Source: a virus
Taxonomy: Duplodnaviria; Caudoviricetes
Length of the DNA stretch: 43,587 nt
Direction: 5' to 3' (one strand)
IMG/VR virus record: IMGVR_UViG_3300012942_000015
Span: 1-43,587 of that record
Shown here one piece after another: positions 16,570-26,686 of the stretch (position 1 is its first letter; every line of letters starts with the position of its first letter). Under the pieces are notes generated by a model. It was not told the DNA's origin and ran no database searches. It was given only the letters and a program-made list of their open reading frames with translations. A program made the translations under genes and the position numbers.

Positions 16570-16790
16570 GTACCCGCGGCGCCTCAGACAGCCGGGCACG
16601 GCACAATCGGGAGCGTCGTGCCCGGCGATGATCTTGCCGCGGGTACCCATCGGACACGCTCACTCACGCGATGCGAGCTCCTGCGGCACATCGTGGTGGC
16701 GCGTCAAACGGTTCTAGCCATTGGGGGACCGAAGGACGTTCACGACGCCGTTCTCCTTTCCGGCGAGGCGTACCTGCGCGCCACCAACGG

Positions 16791-17066
16791 TCAGGCGTGC
16801 CAGAAGTGGTTCGGACTGACCGAGTAGTAGATCAGCCAGATGATCGGGATCCCGAGGATGCAGGTCAGCACGATCCACAGCGTGAGGCTGTGGCCCTTCT
16901 GCTGGCGCACGTACGAGACGTTCATCCCGTTCGCGGTGCGGCCGCTCGTCTGTTTGCTCGCGGGCGGGGGAGTCTGGTCGGGCGCGTAGATCGTCCACTG
17001 GGAGCCGTCCCAGTACCGCTTCCTTCCTGATCCGTCGTCGTACCAACCAGCTGCTGCATTGCTCAT
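16791..17066 (-). CDS. DUF2510-domain membrane protein, leaderless
   Basis: AGWYDDGSGRKRYWDGSQWT motif; C-terminal TM; TAGCGT 7 nt before the ATG. Confidence 0.85.
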   Translation of the reverse strand: MSNAAAGWYDDGSGRKRYWDGSQWTIYAPDQTPPPASKQTSGRTANGMNVSYVRQQKGHSLTLWIVLTCILGIPIIWLIYYSVSPNHFWHA

Positions 17067-17116
17067 GCGCGCGACGCTACCGCGCGCGACCGTCGTGCGG
17101 CAGCACGTGAACGGGG

Positions 17117-17383
17117 GTGACGCTCATGGCCACAGTGAAGCCGGATGCTGTCGCGGATCCGCGACCAGGCTCGCGCGGCTACCTCAAGTGGTACTGGACG
17201 AAAGGTCCGGGGCTCGCGAAGTGGGCGGCATCGCCGCATCCTTACACCGCACTGCTGTCCCATCTGATCAAGTTCCTCAGCCCTCAGGTCGCGAAGAAGA
17301 CCGCAGCCCAGTGGTTCCACGACACGCTCGGCTTCTGGCCCGGCACACCCCACGTTGGCCCTGTGCCGACGCCAAAGAAGTAG
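17117..17383 (+). CDS. Trp-rich hypothetical phage protein
   Basis: LKWYWTKGPGLAKW...GFWPG; start at 17117 or 17126. Confidence 0.7.
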   Translation: MTLMATVKPDAVADPRPGSRGYLKWYWTKGPGLAKWAASPHPYTALLSHLIKFLSPQVAKKTAAQWFHDTLGFWPGTPHVGPVPTPKK

Positions 17384-17417
17384 CCGCTCAGCGGCACGAC
17401 GATCGTACAGGCGAGGA

Positions 17418-17906
17418 ATGATCGATCACTTCCGAGTCGCGACCCGCTCGGCGGAGTACACGCCGGAAGCGCAGGCCGCTGGCATCCGACGCACCGTCCA
17501 TGTGCACATCTACGATGACCGCGACGAGCTCATCCGCGCGCACGCCCGAGCGCTCGGCAAAGATCCCGCGACGCTCGGCGACATGGCCGGCGGCATGGCC
17601 GCGCAGACGACCCACGGATTCCCGTGGCCGAGGCCAGATCCCGGACCAGTCCTCGTAGTTCGACTCTGGACGGCACAGCTGACCACGAGCACGATCGCCC
17701 ACGAAGCAACGCACGCTGCCGCCGCGATCTTCTTCATGGACCACCTGAGCGGGTGGGACGCACGAGCGCGCGGCATCTTCCTGGGCGACAACGAGCCGCT
17801 CTGCTACGCGGTCGGCGACGTCACCGCCGGCATCATCGCCCAGCTGTACAAGCGCGGCTACCTGCGTGAAGGCATCCGCGTCCGCGCGAAGACGGAGCAG
17901 CCATGA
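17418..17906 (+). CDS. Putative HExxH metallopeptidase-like protein
   Basis: TIAHEATHAA with a downstream Glu (NEPLCY); GAGG before the ATG. Confidence 0.65.
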   Translation: MIDHFRVATRSAEYTPEAQAAGIRRTVHVHIYDDRDELIRAHARALGKDPATLGDMAGGMAAQTTHGFPWPRPDPGPVLVVRLWTAQLTTSTIAHEATHAAAAIFFMDHLSGWDARARGIFLGDNEPLCYAVGDVTAGIIAQLYKRGYLREGIRVRAKTEQP

Positions 17907-18166
17907 GCGACCAGACGAAGCGTGCTCTCGACGAGGCGATCCGGGCGCACCTGGCAGATGAAGGCCAGGGCGACGTCACGACGGCATGGCTCCTCGTTAG
18001 CGGATCGCTCGACTCGAGCAATATCGAGGACGACGGCACTGTGTGGATGGAGAGTCCGGACGGTCAACCTCGATACGTGTCGCTCGGTCTGATCGAAGCC
18101 GCATCGATCTTCCATCACGGGTTCGTCTACTCGGTGATGACCAAGAACGAGCTGGACGACGACTGA
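17903..18166 (+). CDS. Hypothetical protein
   Basis: ATGA and TGATG overlaps; acidic globular composition. Confidence 0.7.
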   Translation: MSDQTKRALDEAIRAHLADEGQGDVTTAWLLVSGSLDSSNIEDDGTVWMESPDGQPRYVSLGLIEAASIFHHGFVYSVMTKNELDDD

Positions 18167-18546
18167 TGCCGAACTGGCAGGGCAGCGACCGGCGTGACAC
18201 GCTGCCGGCGGACTGGGCTCAGATCACCGTGCGGATCCTGCGCCGCGACTTCCACCGGTGCCAGCACATCCGGGAGGACACGGGCCGGCGCTGCCTCGCA
18301 CAGGCGCGCGACGTCGATCACATCATCCCGCACAGTCAGGGCGGCGGCGACGACGACGGCAACCTCCAGTCGCTGTGCCCGTACCATCACCTGCGCAAGT
18401 CAGGCCGTGAGGGCGGGCTCGCGTCCGGCCGCGCACGCCGGGCACGGCGCGATGCTGCTCGGCCTCTGCATCCCGGGCTGATGACGGACGACGAAGCACG
18501 CGCGGCGGCTCGCCGAACGCGCGGCGATGATGCTGCGCCGTTCTGA
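18166..18546 (+). CDS. HNH endonuclease (terminase-associated)
   Basis: ILRRDFHRCQ...DVDHIIP...NLQSLCPYHHLRKS; upstream of the terminase. Confidence 0.92.
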   Translation: MPNWQGSDRRDTLPADWAQITVRILRRDFHRCQHIREDTGRRCLAQARDVDHIIPHSQGGGDDDGNLQSLCPYHHLRKSGREGGLASGRARRARRDAARPLHPGLMTDDEARAAARRTRGDDAAPF

Positions 18547-18815
18547 GACCACCCCGGGGTCCACCCCCTCCCCGGGGTCGATGTTTGATCGCTTCGCGTC
18601 CTGCTGCTCGCGGTGCGCGCGAGTCTGGGCGGGATCCGCGCGGCGCGGCCGGCACGTCGGACTCGCCTTAGAAACGACTGGCATCCGCCGACGTCGATGG
18701 GCGGCGCGCATCCGGCCTCTCGAATGACTGAAACCTCGCACCGCCGCCATGGCGACGCGAACTCCGACACGGAGGATCCCATGCACCACTCGAGTACCGA
18801 ACCGGCGGCCAGCTG

Positions 18816-19271
18816 ATGGCCGGCCGTGGACCCGCACCGGCGTCGCAGCGCTCACGCGATCGCGACAACAAGGACACCATCAAGCTCGTCTCCGATGGCA
18901 AGAAGCGCGGCACCGCGCTCCCGCCGCTGTGGCGCAACGGGAAGCGGCAGAAGTGGCACCCGCGCACGGTCGCGTGGTGGAACCACTGGCGGCTGTCGCC
19001 GCAGGCGGTACGGATGATGACCGAGCCGGACTGGGACTTCCTCCTCGATACCGCGCTCATGCATCACGAAATGTGGACTAACGGCCGCTGGGAGCTCGCC
19101 GCCGAGGTGCGACTGCGCGTGCAGAAGTTCGGCGCCACGCCGGAAGACCGCTCGCGGCTGCGCGTCGAGATCGGCGTCGCCATGCCGTCCGACACGAAGA
19201 CTGAGACGCGGACGAAGTCGAACGTCACCTCGATCGACGACCGCCGTGCACGCCTGACCGGCACCAGCTGA
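18816..19271 (+). CDS. terS: Terminase small subunit
   Basis: MAGRGPAP...WHPRTVAWW...DWDFLLDTALMH...EVRLRVQKFGATPEDRSRLR; immediately before terL. Confidence 0.85.
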   Translation: MAGRGPAPASQRSRDRDNKDTIKLVSDGKKRGTALPPLWRNGKRQKWHPRTVAWWNHWRLSPQAVRMMTEPDWDFLLDTALMHHEMWTNGRWELAAEVRLRVQKFGATPEDRSRLRVEIGVAMPSDTKTETRTKSNVTSIDDRRARLTGTS

Positions 19272-20977
19272 TGCCGCGCCGGGTGATCACCGCGCCCGGC
19301 CACTCACGCACCAGGTCACTCGGCTGGCTCGCCACCTGGTGGATCGAGACCTTCACCGTCCACGGGCCCGGCGACATCGTCGGCGAACCCACCCGGTACG
19401 GCGACGAGTACACCGGCTTCCTCGTCGACTGCTACGCCCTCGACGAGAACGGGCGCCGACTCTACGACTCCGTGTTCCTGTCCCGACCAAAGGGATGCGA
19501 CAAGTCCGGGCTTGCCGCTCGCCTCGCGCTGTTTGAAGCATTCGGGCCCGCGCGGTTCGCCGGCTGGGCCAAGGGCGGCGAGAAGTACGAGTACCTCGGA
19601 CACACGTACGTCTACCAGGCCGGCGAGCCGATGGGACGTCCCGTGACGGCGCCGCTCGTGCGGATCCTCGCGACCGAGGAAGAGCAGACCGGCAACACCT
19701 ATGGCACGATCCACTACAACCTGACGACATCGACCGCGCCGCTGTTCGAGCTGCAGGCGTGGGGCGTCGTCGCCGGGCTCTCGCAGGTCGTGATCCCGGG
19801 CGGTGGCGTCATCAAACGGTCGACCGCCGGCGCGAAGTCGAAAGACGGCGGCCTCGAAACCTTCGCCGTGTTCGATGAGACGCACCTGTACAGCACTCCG
19901 CAGCTGCACGAGATGTACGAGACCGTCGTCGACAACCTCGGCAAGCGGGCAATGACCGCCGAGCCGTGGTACATCGAGACGACCACGATGTTCCTCCCAG
20001 GTGAGGAATCCGTGGCCGAGGAGACATACAAGTACGCGGACGAGATCGGCGAAGGCCGCGCGAAGCGGCCGCGGCTGCTGTTCGACCACCGTTGGGGCGA
20101 GGTCAAGGACTTCCGCGACGAGGAGGCCCTCGCCGAAGCGTTCCGCGAGGCGTACGGCGACGCGATCGCATGGAACCCCGTCCAGGGCCTCATCGACAAG
20201 GCGCTCGACCCTCGCAAACCTGAGGAGCGCACCCGCCGGATGCGTCTGAACACCATCACCGGTGCGAAGAACGCATGGATCAAACCCGAGTTCCTCGTCC
20301 CGCGCGGGATCTCACGCCTTCGTCGCGCCGCCGGCGCCGCGTGGGCGTGGGTGCGCCCGTGGAAGGGCGACACGATCACGCTCGGCTTCGACGGTGCGCT
20401 CACCGACGACGCCACCGCACTCGTCGCCGTCCGCGTGAAAGACCTGCACGTCTTCCCGATCCTCATCCAAGAGGTCCCCGACGGGCCCGAAGCCGAGAAC
20501 TGGGAAGTCGACCGTGTCGCGTTCGACGCGGCCGTGTCCCGCGCGTTCAAGCGGTACAAGGTCGTTGGGTTCTACGCAGACCCGCCGCACTGGCAGGACT
20601 ACGTCGACGCGTGGGCGAAGGAGTTCGGGCAGGACCTGACCGTGAAGTCGTCCGCGAAGCACGCGATCGCGTGGTGGACGAAACGCGACGTGCAGATGGC
20701 GGAGGCGCTTGAGCGGTTCCAGACCTCGATCCTCGTCGGCGACGTCACTCTCGACGACGAAACACCGTTCGGCCGGCAGATGATGCGGCACTTCACGAAC
20801 GCGCGGAAGTGGTCCCGGCGCGGCGGCACCGTGATCGGCAAGGAAGGCAAGAACTCGCCGAAGAAGATCGACGCCGCCATGGCAGCGACCCTCGCGTTCA
20901 AGGCCGCATCCGACTACCTCGCGAAGAAGGACCCGAAGAAGTCGGGCAGCTCCAAGATCCCAGTCCGTCTCCGATGA
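19271..20977 (+). CDS. terL: Terminase large subunit
   Basis: Walker A variant RPKGCDKSG, Walker B AVFDETH, nuclease LGFDG...DATAL and KIDAA. Confidence 0.93.
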   Translation: MPRRVITAPGHSRTRSLGWLATWWIETFTVHGPGDIVGEPTRYGDEYTGFLVDCYALDENGRRLYDSVFLSRPKGCDKSGLAARLALFEAFGPARFAGWAKGGEKYEYLGHTYVYQAGEPMGRPVTAPLVRILATEEEQTGNTYGTIHYNLTTSTAPLFELQAWGVVAGLSQVVIPGGGVIKRSTAGAKSKDGGLETFAVFDETHLYSTPQLHEMYETVVDNLGKRAMTAEPWYIETTTMFLPGEESVAEETYKYADEIGEGRAKRPRLLFDHRWGEVKDFRDEEALAEAFREAYGDAIAWNPVQGLIDKALDPRKPEERTRRMRLNTITGAKNAWIKPEFLVPRGISRLRRAAGAAWAWVRPWKGDTITLGFDGALTDDATALVAVRVKDLHVFPILIQEVPDGPEAENWEVDRVAFDAAVSRAFKRYKVVGFYADPPHWQDYVDAWAKEFGQDLTVKSSAKHAIAWWTKRDVQMAEALERFQTSILVGDVTLDDETPFGRQMMRHFTNARKWSRRGGTVIGKEGKNSPKKIDAAMAATLAFKAASDYLAKKDPKKSGSSKIPVRLR

Positions 20978-20987
20978 GGGAGGTCAC

Positions 20988-22376
20988 ATGCTCGACCAGA
21001 CGAGCGTCCCCGGCACGGACGACTGGTACCTCATGGAGCTCGCGCAGCGGTTCGGTGATGGCCTGCCCCGCATGTACGAGATGAAGGCATACGCCGACGG
21101 CACCAACGCGCTGCCCGACGAGTGGGACCCCGGCATGAGGGAAACGTACCGGCGCTTCATCCACCTGTCGCGGCTGAACATGGCCGAGCTCGTCGTCGCT
21201 GCCCGCACCAACCGGATGAAGCCGATCGGATTCCGCACCGCGGCCCCCGGTGACGACACCGGGGACGCGGCCGCGTGGACCATGTGGAAGCGCAACGGCA
21301 TGAAGGTTACGATCCGCGACTTCTTCGCCCACGGCGGCACGTACGGATCGGCGTTCCTGACCACCACAGGGCCGACCAAGCCGTCGGCGGCCGCGCAACC
21401 GCTGATCCTCGAGTCGGATGGTTTCGCCACGGCCACGATCCAGAACGCGAACCAGCCGTGGATCTCGGATGCGGCGCTCACGGTCGGCTGGGATGCCGTC
21501 AGTGGTGCGGACGTACTCACGCTGTACCGTCCGGGGTACTGGCGGCAGGCGGTCCGTGCCGGCAAGAAGTCGAGCGTCCCGTCGAACGGCCGCCGTTGGG
21601 CGCCCGGCCGCGGTTGGTCCTGGGTGAGCGACCCGATCGCGCTCGGCTACACCGACCAGGTGCCGGTGTTCCGGCTCGACGGGCCTGGCGGCAAGGGCAT
21701 GTTCGAGAAGCACCTCGACAGCCTTAACCGGATCTCGAACACGATCCGCGAACGCCTCACGATCACCGCCATGCAGGCGTTCAAGCAGCGCGCCATCGAC
21801 GGCGACCTGCCGGACTACTACCCGGATGATCATCCGCTGGCGGGCCAGAAGATCGACTACGACGGGCTGTTCAAGGCCGGTCCTGCCGCGGTCTGGAAGC
21901 TGCCCGCCGGCGCGAAGATGTGGGAATCCGTCGCGACCGACATCACGCCGATCCTCACCGCAGTGAAGGACGACGCGAAACACCTCGCCGCGGTGACCAG
22001 CACCCCGCTGTACATCCTGTCGCCAGATGCCGCGAACGGGTCCGCCGAGGGTGCGTCGCTCGCGCGCGAGGCGCTCACGTTCTCGGTCGAAGAATGGATC
22101 GACCGGGCCGAGATGCCGATCATCCTCGCCATGGGCACCGGCTTCCGCGCACAAGCAGACGAGGTCCGCGCGCAGGTCGGCGACCTGGAGATCATGTGGG
22201 CGCACGTCGACCGGTCCTCGATCCTCGAGCGCGCAGCCGCGGCCGCCAACGCGAAGAACGGTGGCCTCTCGCAGCGGATGATCAACGAGAAGATCTTCCA
22301 GCTGACACCGCAGGAGCTCCAGCAGGAGGAGCAGAACAAGCAGGATGAGGCGTTCCTGACACCGGCGGCCAGCTGA
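20988..22376 (+). CDS. Portal protein
   Basis: 462 aa after terL; SRLNMAELVV, QAFKQR and ANGSAEGA resemble SPP1 gp6-like portals. Confidence 0.9.
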   Translation: MLDQTSVPGTDDWYLMELAQRFGDGLPRMYEMKAYADGTNALPDEWDPGMRETYRRFIHLSRLNMAELVVAARTNRMKPIGFRTAAPGDDTGDAAAWTMWKRNGMKVTIRDFFAHGGTYGSAFLTTTGPTKPSAAAQPLILESDGFATATIQNANQPWISDAALTVGWDAVSGADVLTLYRPGYWRQAVRAGKKSSVPSNGRRWAPGRGWSWVSDPIALGYTDQVPVFRLDGPGGKGMFEKHLDSLNRISNTIRERLTITAMQAFKQRAIDGDLPDYYPDDHPLAGQKIDYDGLFKAGPAAVWKLPAGAKMWESVATDITPILTAVKDDAKHLAAVTSTPLYILSPDAANGSAEGASLAREALTFSVEEWIDRAEMPIILAMGTGFRAQADEVRAQVGDLEIMWAHVDRSSILERAAAAANAKNGGLSQRMINEKIFQLTPQELQQEEQNKQDEAFLTPAAS

Positions 22377-23431
22377 TGGCCACCACCGCCGACCGGCTCG
22401 CCGCGATCTCGAACCGGCACGCGCAGCAACGCGACTCCATCGTCGAGAAGCTCCTCAAACTGCTGCTGGGCCTGTGGGGCGACTTCGCCGTCGCACGTGA
22501 CCCGGACCAAGTGACTGCCCTCGCGGCGCGCTCGGCCACGCTGGTGTCGTCGGCGACATCACGGATGCGGTTGCAGACCCGCTCCTACAACGCATCCGTG
22601 ATGCGCGAGCTCGGGCAGAAGCTCACGCTTCCCACGTCGATCAACCCGTACCCGCGCGCCAACACGTCACCACTCGAGGTGTACGGGCGCCCGGCCCACC
22701 AGTTCATCTACGAACTCTCGCAAGGCGCCACCGTCGACGACGCCTCCGCAGCGGCAGCCGACCGGCTCGAGGACATCGTCCAACAGGACCTGGCCGTCGT
22801 CGACCGCGACGAATCGCAACGCATCTACGAGGAGAACCCGGTCATCGTCGGCTACCGGCGGGTCATCCACCCGGAGCTCGCGAAAGACGGCATGTCCTGC
22901 GGCCTCTGCATCGTCGCCTCCGACCAGTGGTACGGATCCGATGACCTGATGCCGATCCACGACCACTGCCACTGCCTGCCGATGCCGATAGTGCAAGGCG
23001 ACGACCCCGGCAAGCAGCTCAACCGCGACGACCTCGACAAGCTCTACGCGGCAGCGGGCGGCACGTTCGGTGAACAGCTGAAGGAAGTCCGCGTCTCCGT
23101 CAACGAGCACGGCGAACTCGGGCCCGTCCTCGTGAAGAAGGGCAACCACTTCCGCACGCCCGAGGAAGCCGGCCGGCCCGCGTACAAGAATCCGACGTCG
23201 GAAAACCTGCGGCAACAGAACGCGGCCAACATCGCCGAGGCGACCAAGAACCTCGACGAGGCCGCGGCGGAGCTCGAACAGCTGCAGAAGCAGATCCCGG
23301 CCGGCCTCAACTACAACCGTCTCACCGACGACATGTCGGCTCTCGTGGACCGTCGCACCACGCTCACCCAGATGACCAAGAACCTTCGCGACTACATCGC
23401 GATGCTGCAGGCGACCGGCCGGTCCCTGTAA
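22376..23431 (+). CDS. MuF-like minor capsid / capsid maturation protein
   Basis: GYRRVIHPE...SCGLC...IHDHCHC; follows the portal. Confidence 0.8.
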   Translation: MATTADRLAAISNRHAQQRDSIVEKLLKLLLGLWGDFAVARDPDQVTALAARSATLVSSATSRMRLQTRSYNASVMRELGQKLTLPTSINPYPRANTSPLEVYGRPAHQFIYELSQGATVDDASAAAADRLEDIVQQDLAVVDRDESQRIYEENPVIVGYRRVIHPELAKDGMSCGLCIVASDQWYGSDDLMPIHDHCHCLPMPIVQGDDPGKQLNRDDLDKLYAAAGGTFGEQLKEVRVSVNEHGELGPVLVKKGNHFRTPEEAGRPAYKNPTSENLRQQNAANIAEATKNLDEAAAELEQLQKQIPAGLNYNRLTDDMSALVDRRTTLTQMTKNLRDYIAMLQATGRSL

Positions 23432-23494
23432 CGCGCCGGGCGTCCCCGGCATCCAGCCTGACACGGGCGCTCGCCCCGACATGGAGGACCAACA

Positions 23495-24160
23495 ATGTTC
23501 CGCTTCAACGCTTTCGGCCAGCGCGTCTACTGCCACCCTCGCATCGTGTTCATCGACCCGGCCGATGGTGCCGGCGGCTCCGGCTCCAGCGCGGATGATC
23601 CCAAGGATGGCAAGGACGGCGACGCCGACAAGGGCTTCCCCGCCAACACGCCGTGGCGGGACATGAAGCCCGAGGAGCAGGCCGCGTACTGGCGCGACAA
23701 GGCGCAGAAGCACGAACGCACCGCGAACGCACGCAAGGACTACGACTCGGTTCTCCAGGAGCTCACGGACCTGAAGAAGGCGAGCCAGACCGACGCGGAG
23801 AAAGCGCTCGAGGAGGCACGCGAGGAAGCCCGCCGGCAGGGCGAGAACATCGGCGCACAGAAGTACCTGAAGGACGCCGTCAAGGGCCGATTCCAGGGCC
23901 TCACCGGCAAGACCGATGACGAGGTGGAAACGATCTTCGCGCACGTCGATCCGGCGAGCTTCACCGACGACCAGGGCGAGATCGACCTCGAGCAGCTCAA
24001 AACCTACGCCGCCACCTTCGGCACGAAGAACGACGGCGGCAGCGAGGACGCGCTCGCGCGGGCCCTCGGACGCCAGCGACAGGCCGGCGGCGGAGCAGGC
24101 GCCTCCATCTCGGAGAAGCGCAAGCAAGTCCGCGAATCCATGACCAGAAAGACAGCCTGA
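23495..24160 (+). CDS. Scaffolding protein
   Basis: GFPANTP...EQAAYWR..A.KHE, coiled coil; GGAGG RBS. Confidence 0.85.
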   Translation: MFRFNAFGQRVYCHPRIVFIDPADGAGGSGSSADDPKDGKDGDADKGFPANTPWRDMKPEEQAAYWRDKAQKHERTANARKDYDSVLQELTDLKKASQTDAEKALEEAREEARRQGENIGAQKYLKDAVKGRFQGLTGKTDDEVETIFAHVDPASFTDDQGEIDLEQLKTYAATFGTKNDGGSEDALARALGRQRQAGGGAGASISEKRKQVRESMTRKTA

Positions 24161-24173
24161 GGAGGCATCAACC

Positions 24174-24881
24174 ATGACTGATCTGTCGATTCAGTCGGTC
24201 CCGGCGGTCCCCGCCGCAGACCACACTTGGCTCGCCGGTGACAGCGGCGCGTTCGCCAACGCGCAGTCCGGCACGCTCGACGTGAGCTCGCTGACCAGCG
24301 GCACCCACTACGACGCCACGACGAAGATCGTGCCCGCCGGAGTCGCCGTCGCGAAGGTCGGCGGACTGCTCGTCCCGTTCGACGCCGTCGCCGAGGTGCA
24401 GAAGGTTACCATCAGCGGTGCGCCCACCGGCGGCACGTTCACGCTCACGTACGACGGGCAGACCACGGACGCGATCGCGTACAACGCGACCGCCGCGACC
24501 GTGCAGGCCGCGATCGAGGCGTTGGCGAACGTCGGCTCCGCGACGGTCTCCGGCGACGCCGGCGGCCCGTACACGGTCACGTTCGGCGGCTCGGACAACA
24601 TCCCGCAGATGACGGCCACGAGCTCGCTCACCGGCGGCACCGACCCCGCCGTCGCCGTCACCACGACCACCAGCGGCGGCAGCGGCGACGGTCAGGGCGT
24701 CCTGGAAGGATTCCTGGCCTTCCCGCTCGCGCTGCAGCGCAGCGATGGCACCCTTCCCGACGTGGTCACCACGGCGCTGATCGTCGACGCGGTCATCATC
24801 CCGGCGAACCTCCCGGTCGCCGCCCAGCGCGGCATCGACCGCACCACCCCGACCAACGGCAAGTTCGCGTTCCGCGCGTAA
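24174..24881 (+). CDS. Head decoration protein with an inserted surface domain
   Basis: Between scaffold and capsid genes; central EVQKVTISGAPTGGTFTLTY...GGPYTVTF module. Confidence 0.7.
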   Translation: MTDLSIQSVPAVPAADHTWLAGDSGAFANAQSGTLDVSSLTSGTHYDATTKIVPAGVAVAKVGGLLVPFDAVAEVQKVTISGAPTGGTFTLTYDGQTTDAIAYNATAATVQAAIEALANVGSATVSGDAGGPYTVTFGGSDNIPQMTATSSLTGGTDPAVAVTTTTSGGSGDGQGVLEGFLAFPLALQRSDGTLPDVVTTALIVDAVIIPANLPVAAQRGIDRTTPTNGKFAFRA

Positions 24882-24896
24882 GGAGGACCACAAATC

Positions 24897-25952
24897 ATGG
24901 GAGTTTACGACCCGTCCATCCGGGACGCCTCGGACCTGACCGCGATCGCCCGCGGCGCAGCCGACGCGGTCGAGGCGCAGGACGCCCTCACCCCGTACCT
25001 GCCGAGCGCTGAGAACCAGACGCTCGACTTCAACCTCGACGCCGACGAGCTCAAGCTGCCGCGCGCCGCCTCGTTCCGCGCGTACGACGCCACCGCGCCG
25101 TACGGCAAGGAGAAGTCGATCGGCACCCGCAAGGGCTCGCTGCCCGCCTCGAGCACGAAGCTGCGCGTCGGTGAGTACGACACGTTGCGACTGCGCGGCG
25201 CCGGCGACGACGCCCTCGGCGCCGCTCTCGAGTCCAAGGCGACGCACAACGGGCAGTCGATCGCCGTCCGCGCGATCTTCGCCCGCGGTGAGGCGATCCA
25301 GACCGGCAAGGTGACCATGGAAGGCGAGAACGGGCTCACGCTCGAAATCGACTTCGGCCGCCCCGCCGGCCAGACGGTCACCGCCGGCACCCCCTGGTCG
25401 ACGACCAGCGCAGACGCGATCGCCGACATCGACTCCTGGCAGCAGGTGCTCATGTCGGACGACTCCGTCGGTGCGCCGGCCGCCGGGGCGATCACCTCCA
25501 CCAAGGTGCTGTCCGACCTGGCGAAGAACGCCGGGTTCATCGCCGCGTCGACCGGCCGCAGCGACTCCGGGCTCACCCGGATCAGCCGCGCCGACGTACT
25601 GTCCGTGCTCGCCGACTACGGTCTGACCGACATCGTCGTCTACGACACGCAGTACGAGGACGTCTCCGGCAGCTGGACGCGCGTCATCTCCGACGACCAG
25701 TTCATTCTCGTGCCGAGCCGCAGCACCGGCCTGGTCGGCAGCACCGGACCGCTCGGGCAGACCCTGTGGGGTGTTCCCTCCGAGGCGCTGAACGACACGT
25801 ACGGCATCAGCGGGGGAGACATCGCCGGGATCTTCGCGGCCGCGTTCCACGAGCCGGACCCGGAGGGCGTCGACGTGCTCGCCTCGTCGATCTTCCTCCC
25901 GGTGCTATCCACGATCGGCGCGAAGTCGGCTCTCGCCGCCACGGTGCTCTGA
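24897..25952 (+). CDS. Major capsid protein
   Basis: 351 aa; AAGGAGG RBS; AASFRAYDA, RGEAIQTGK, IDFG and LPVL motifs of lambda E-like capsids. Confidence 0.9.
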   Translation: MGVYDPSIRDASDLTAIARGAADAVEAQDALTPYLPSAENQTLDFNLDADELKLPRAASFRAYDATAPYGKEKSIGTRKGSLPASSTKLRVGEYDTLRLRGAGDDALGAALESKATHNGQSIAVRAIFARGEAIQTGKVTMEGENGLTLEIDFGRPAGQTVTAGTPWSTTSADAIADIDSWQQVLMSDDSVGAPAAGAITSTKVLSDLAKNAGFIAASTGRSDSGLTRISRADVLSVLADYGLTDIVVYDTQYEDVSGSWTRVISDDQFILVPSRSTGLVGSTGPLGQTLWGVPSEALNDTYGISGGDIAGIFAAAFHEPDPEGVDVLASSIFLPVLSTIGAKSALAATVL

Positions 25953-26278
25953 TGGCCGGCGTCCTCAGGCACGACGTGCACATCCAGCTGCGCAGGAAGA
26001 ACCGATGGGAGACCATCGTGCTCCGCGCCGGCACCGAGGTGCCGAAGCACCTGGCCAAGCACGTCACGAACCCGAAGGCGTACGTGCAGAACGACGTCGC
26101 CGAGTCCGACACGGGCGAGAACGACAGCACCGACGAGCGCGACACGCTCATCGTCGAGCTGCGACTGCGGGACCTGCCCACGGACGGAACGGTCGACGAG
26201 CTCAAGCAGCGCATCGAGGAACACGACGCCGAACTCGCCGCGCAAGGCGAGGCCGGCGCCGGCCAGCAGGAGGAGTAG
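25952..26278 (+). CDS. Small virion-associated protein with SAP-like C-terminus
   Basis: TGATG overlap; LRAGTEVP...VTNP; ELRLRDLPTDGTVDELKQRI. Confidence 0.7.
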   Translation: MAGVLRHDVHIQLRRKNRWETIVLRAGTEVPKHLAKHVTNPKAYVQNDVAESDTGENDSTDERDTLIVELRLRDLPTDGTVDELKQRIEEHDAELAAQGEAGAGQQEE

Positions 26279-26283
26279 GACCG

Positions 26284-26685
26284 ATGGCATCCATCCCCAC
26301 CGTGACCTTCCGCGATGTCGACAACCGGTACCTCGAGGGGAACCTCGAAGACCGGTACGACCAAGCGAAGGTCGAAGTGCAGATCCAGGATGCCGTCGAC
26401 TACGCACTCAGCCGGTGGCGGGCCAGGATCACATCCCGGCTCGCCACCGGCAAACTCACTCCGAACCTGTATAAGCGTGTCATCGCCGACGCCGTGCTCC
26501 GCGTCACACGGAACCCGGAAGGGTATGCCAGCGAAGGCGATGGCGGATACAACTACGCGCTGCGCGCCCAAGTCGCGTCCGGGAACCTGTGGTTCACCGA
26601 CGAGGACATCGCCACGCTCGCAGGAGCGCAGATCGTCTCCACGCCCGGCACCATCGGCCTCGGGCTCGACCGCGGGTGGAGATGA
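26284..26685 (+). CDS. Head-to-tail adaptor
   Basis: VLRVTRNPEGYASEGDGGYNY...GNLWFTDEDI. Confidence 0.85.
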   Translation: MASIPTVTFRDVDNRYLEGNLEDRYDQAKVEVQIQDAVDYALSRWRARITSRLATGKLTPNLYKRVIADAVLRVTRNPEGYASEGDGGYNYALRAQVASGNLWFTDEDIATLAGAQIVSTPGTIGLGLDRGWR

Positions 26686-26686
26686 C

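Noticed and set aside
19484-19510. Inactive terminase because of the Walker A variant GCDKS
   Set aside because: The ORF and other motifs are intact, and I recall this variant in related actinophage terminases.
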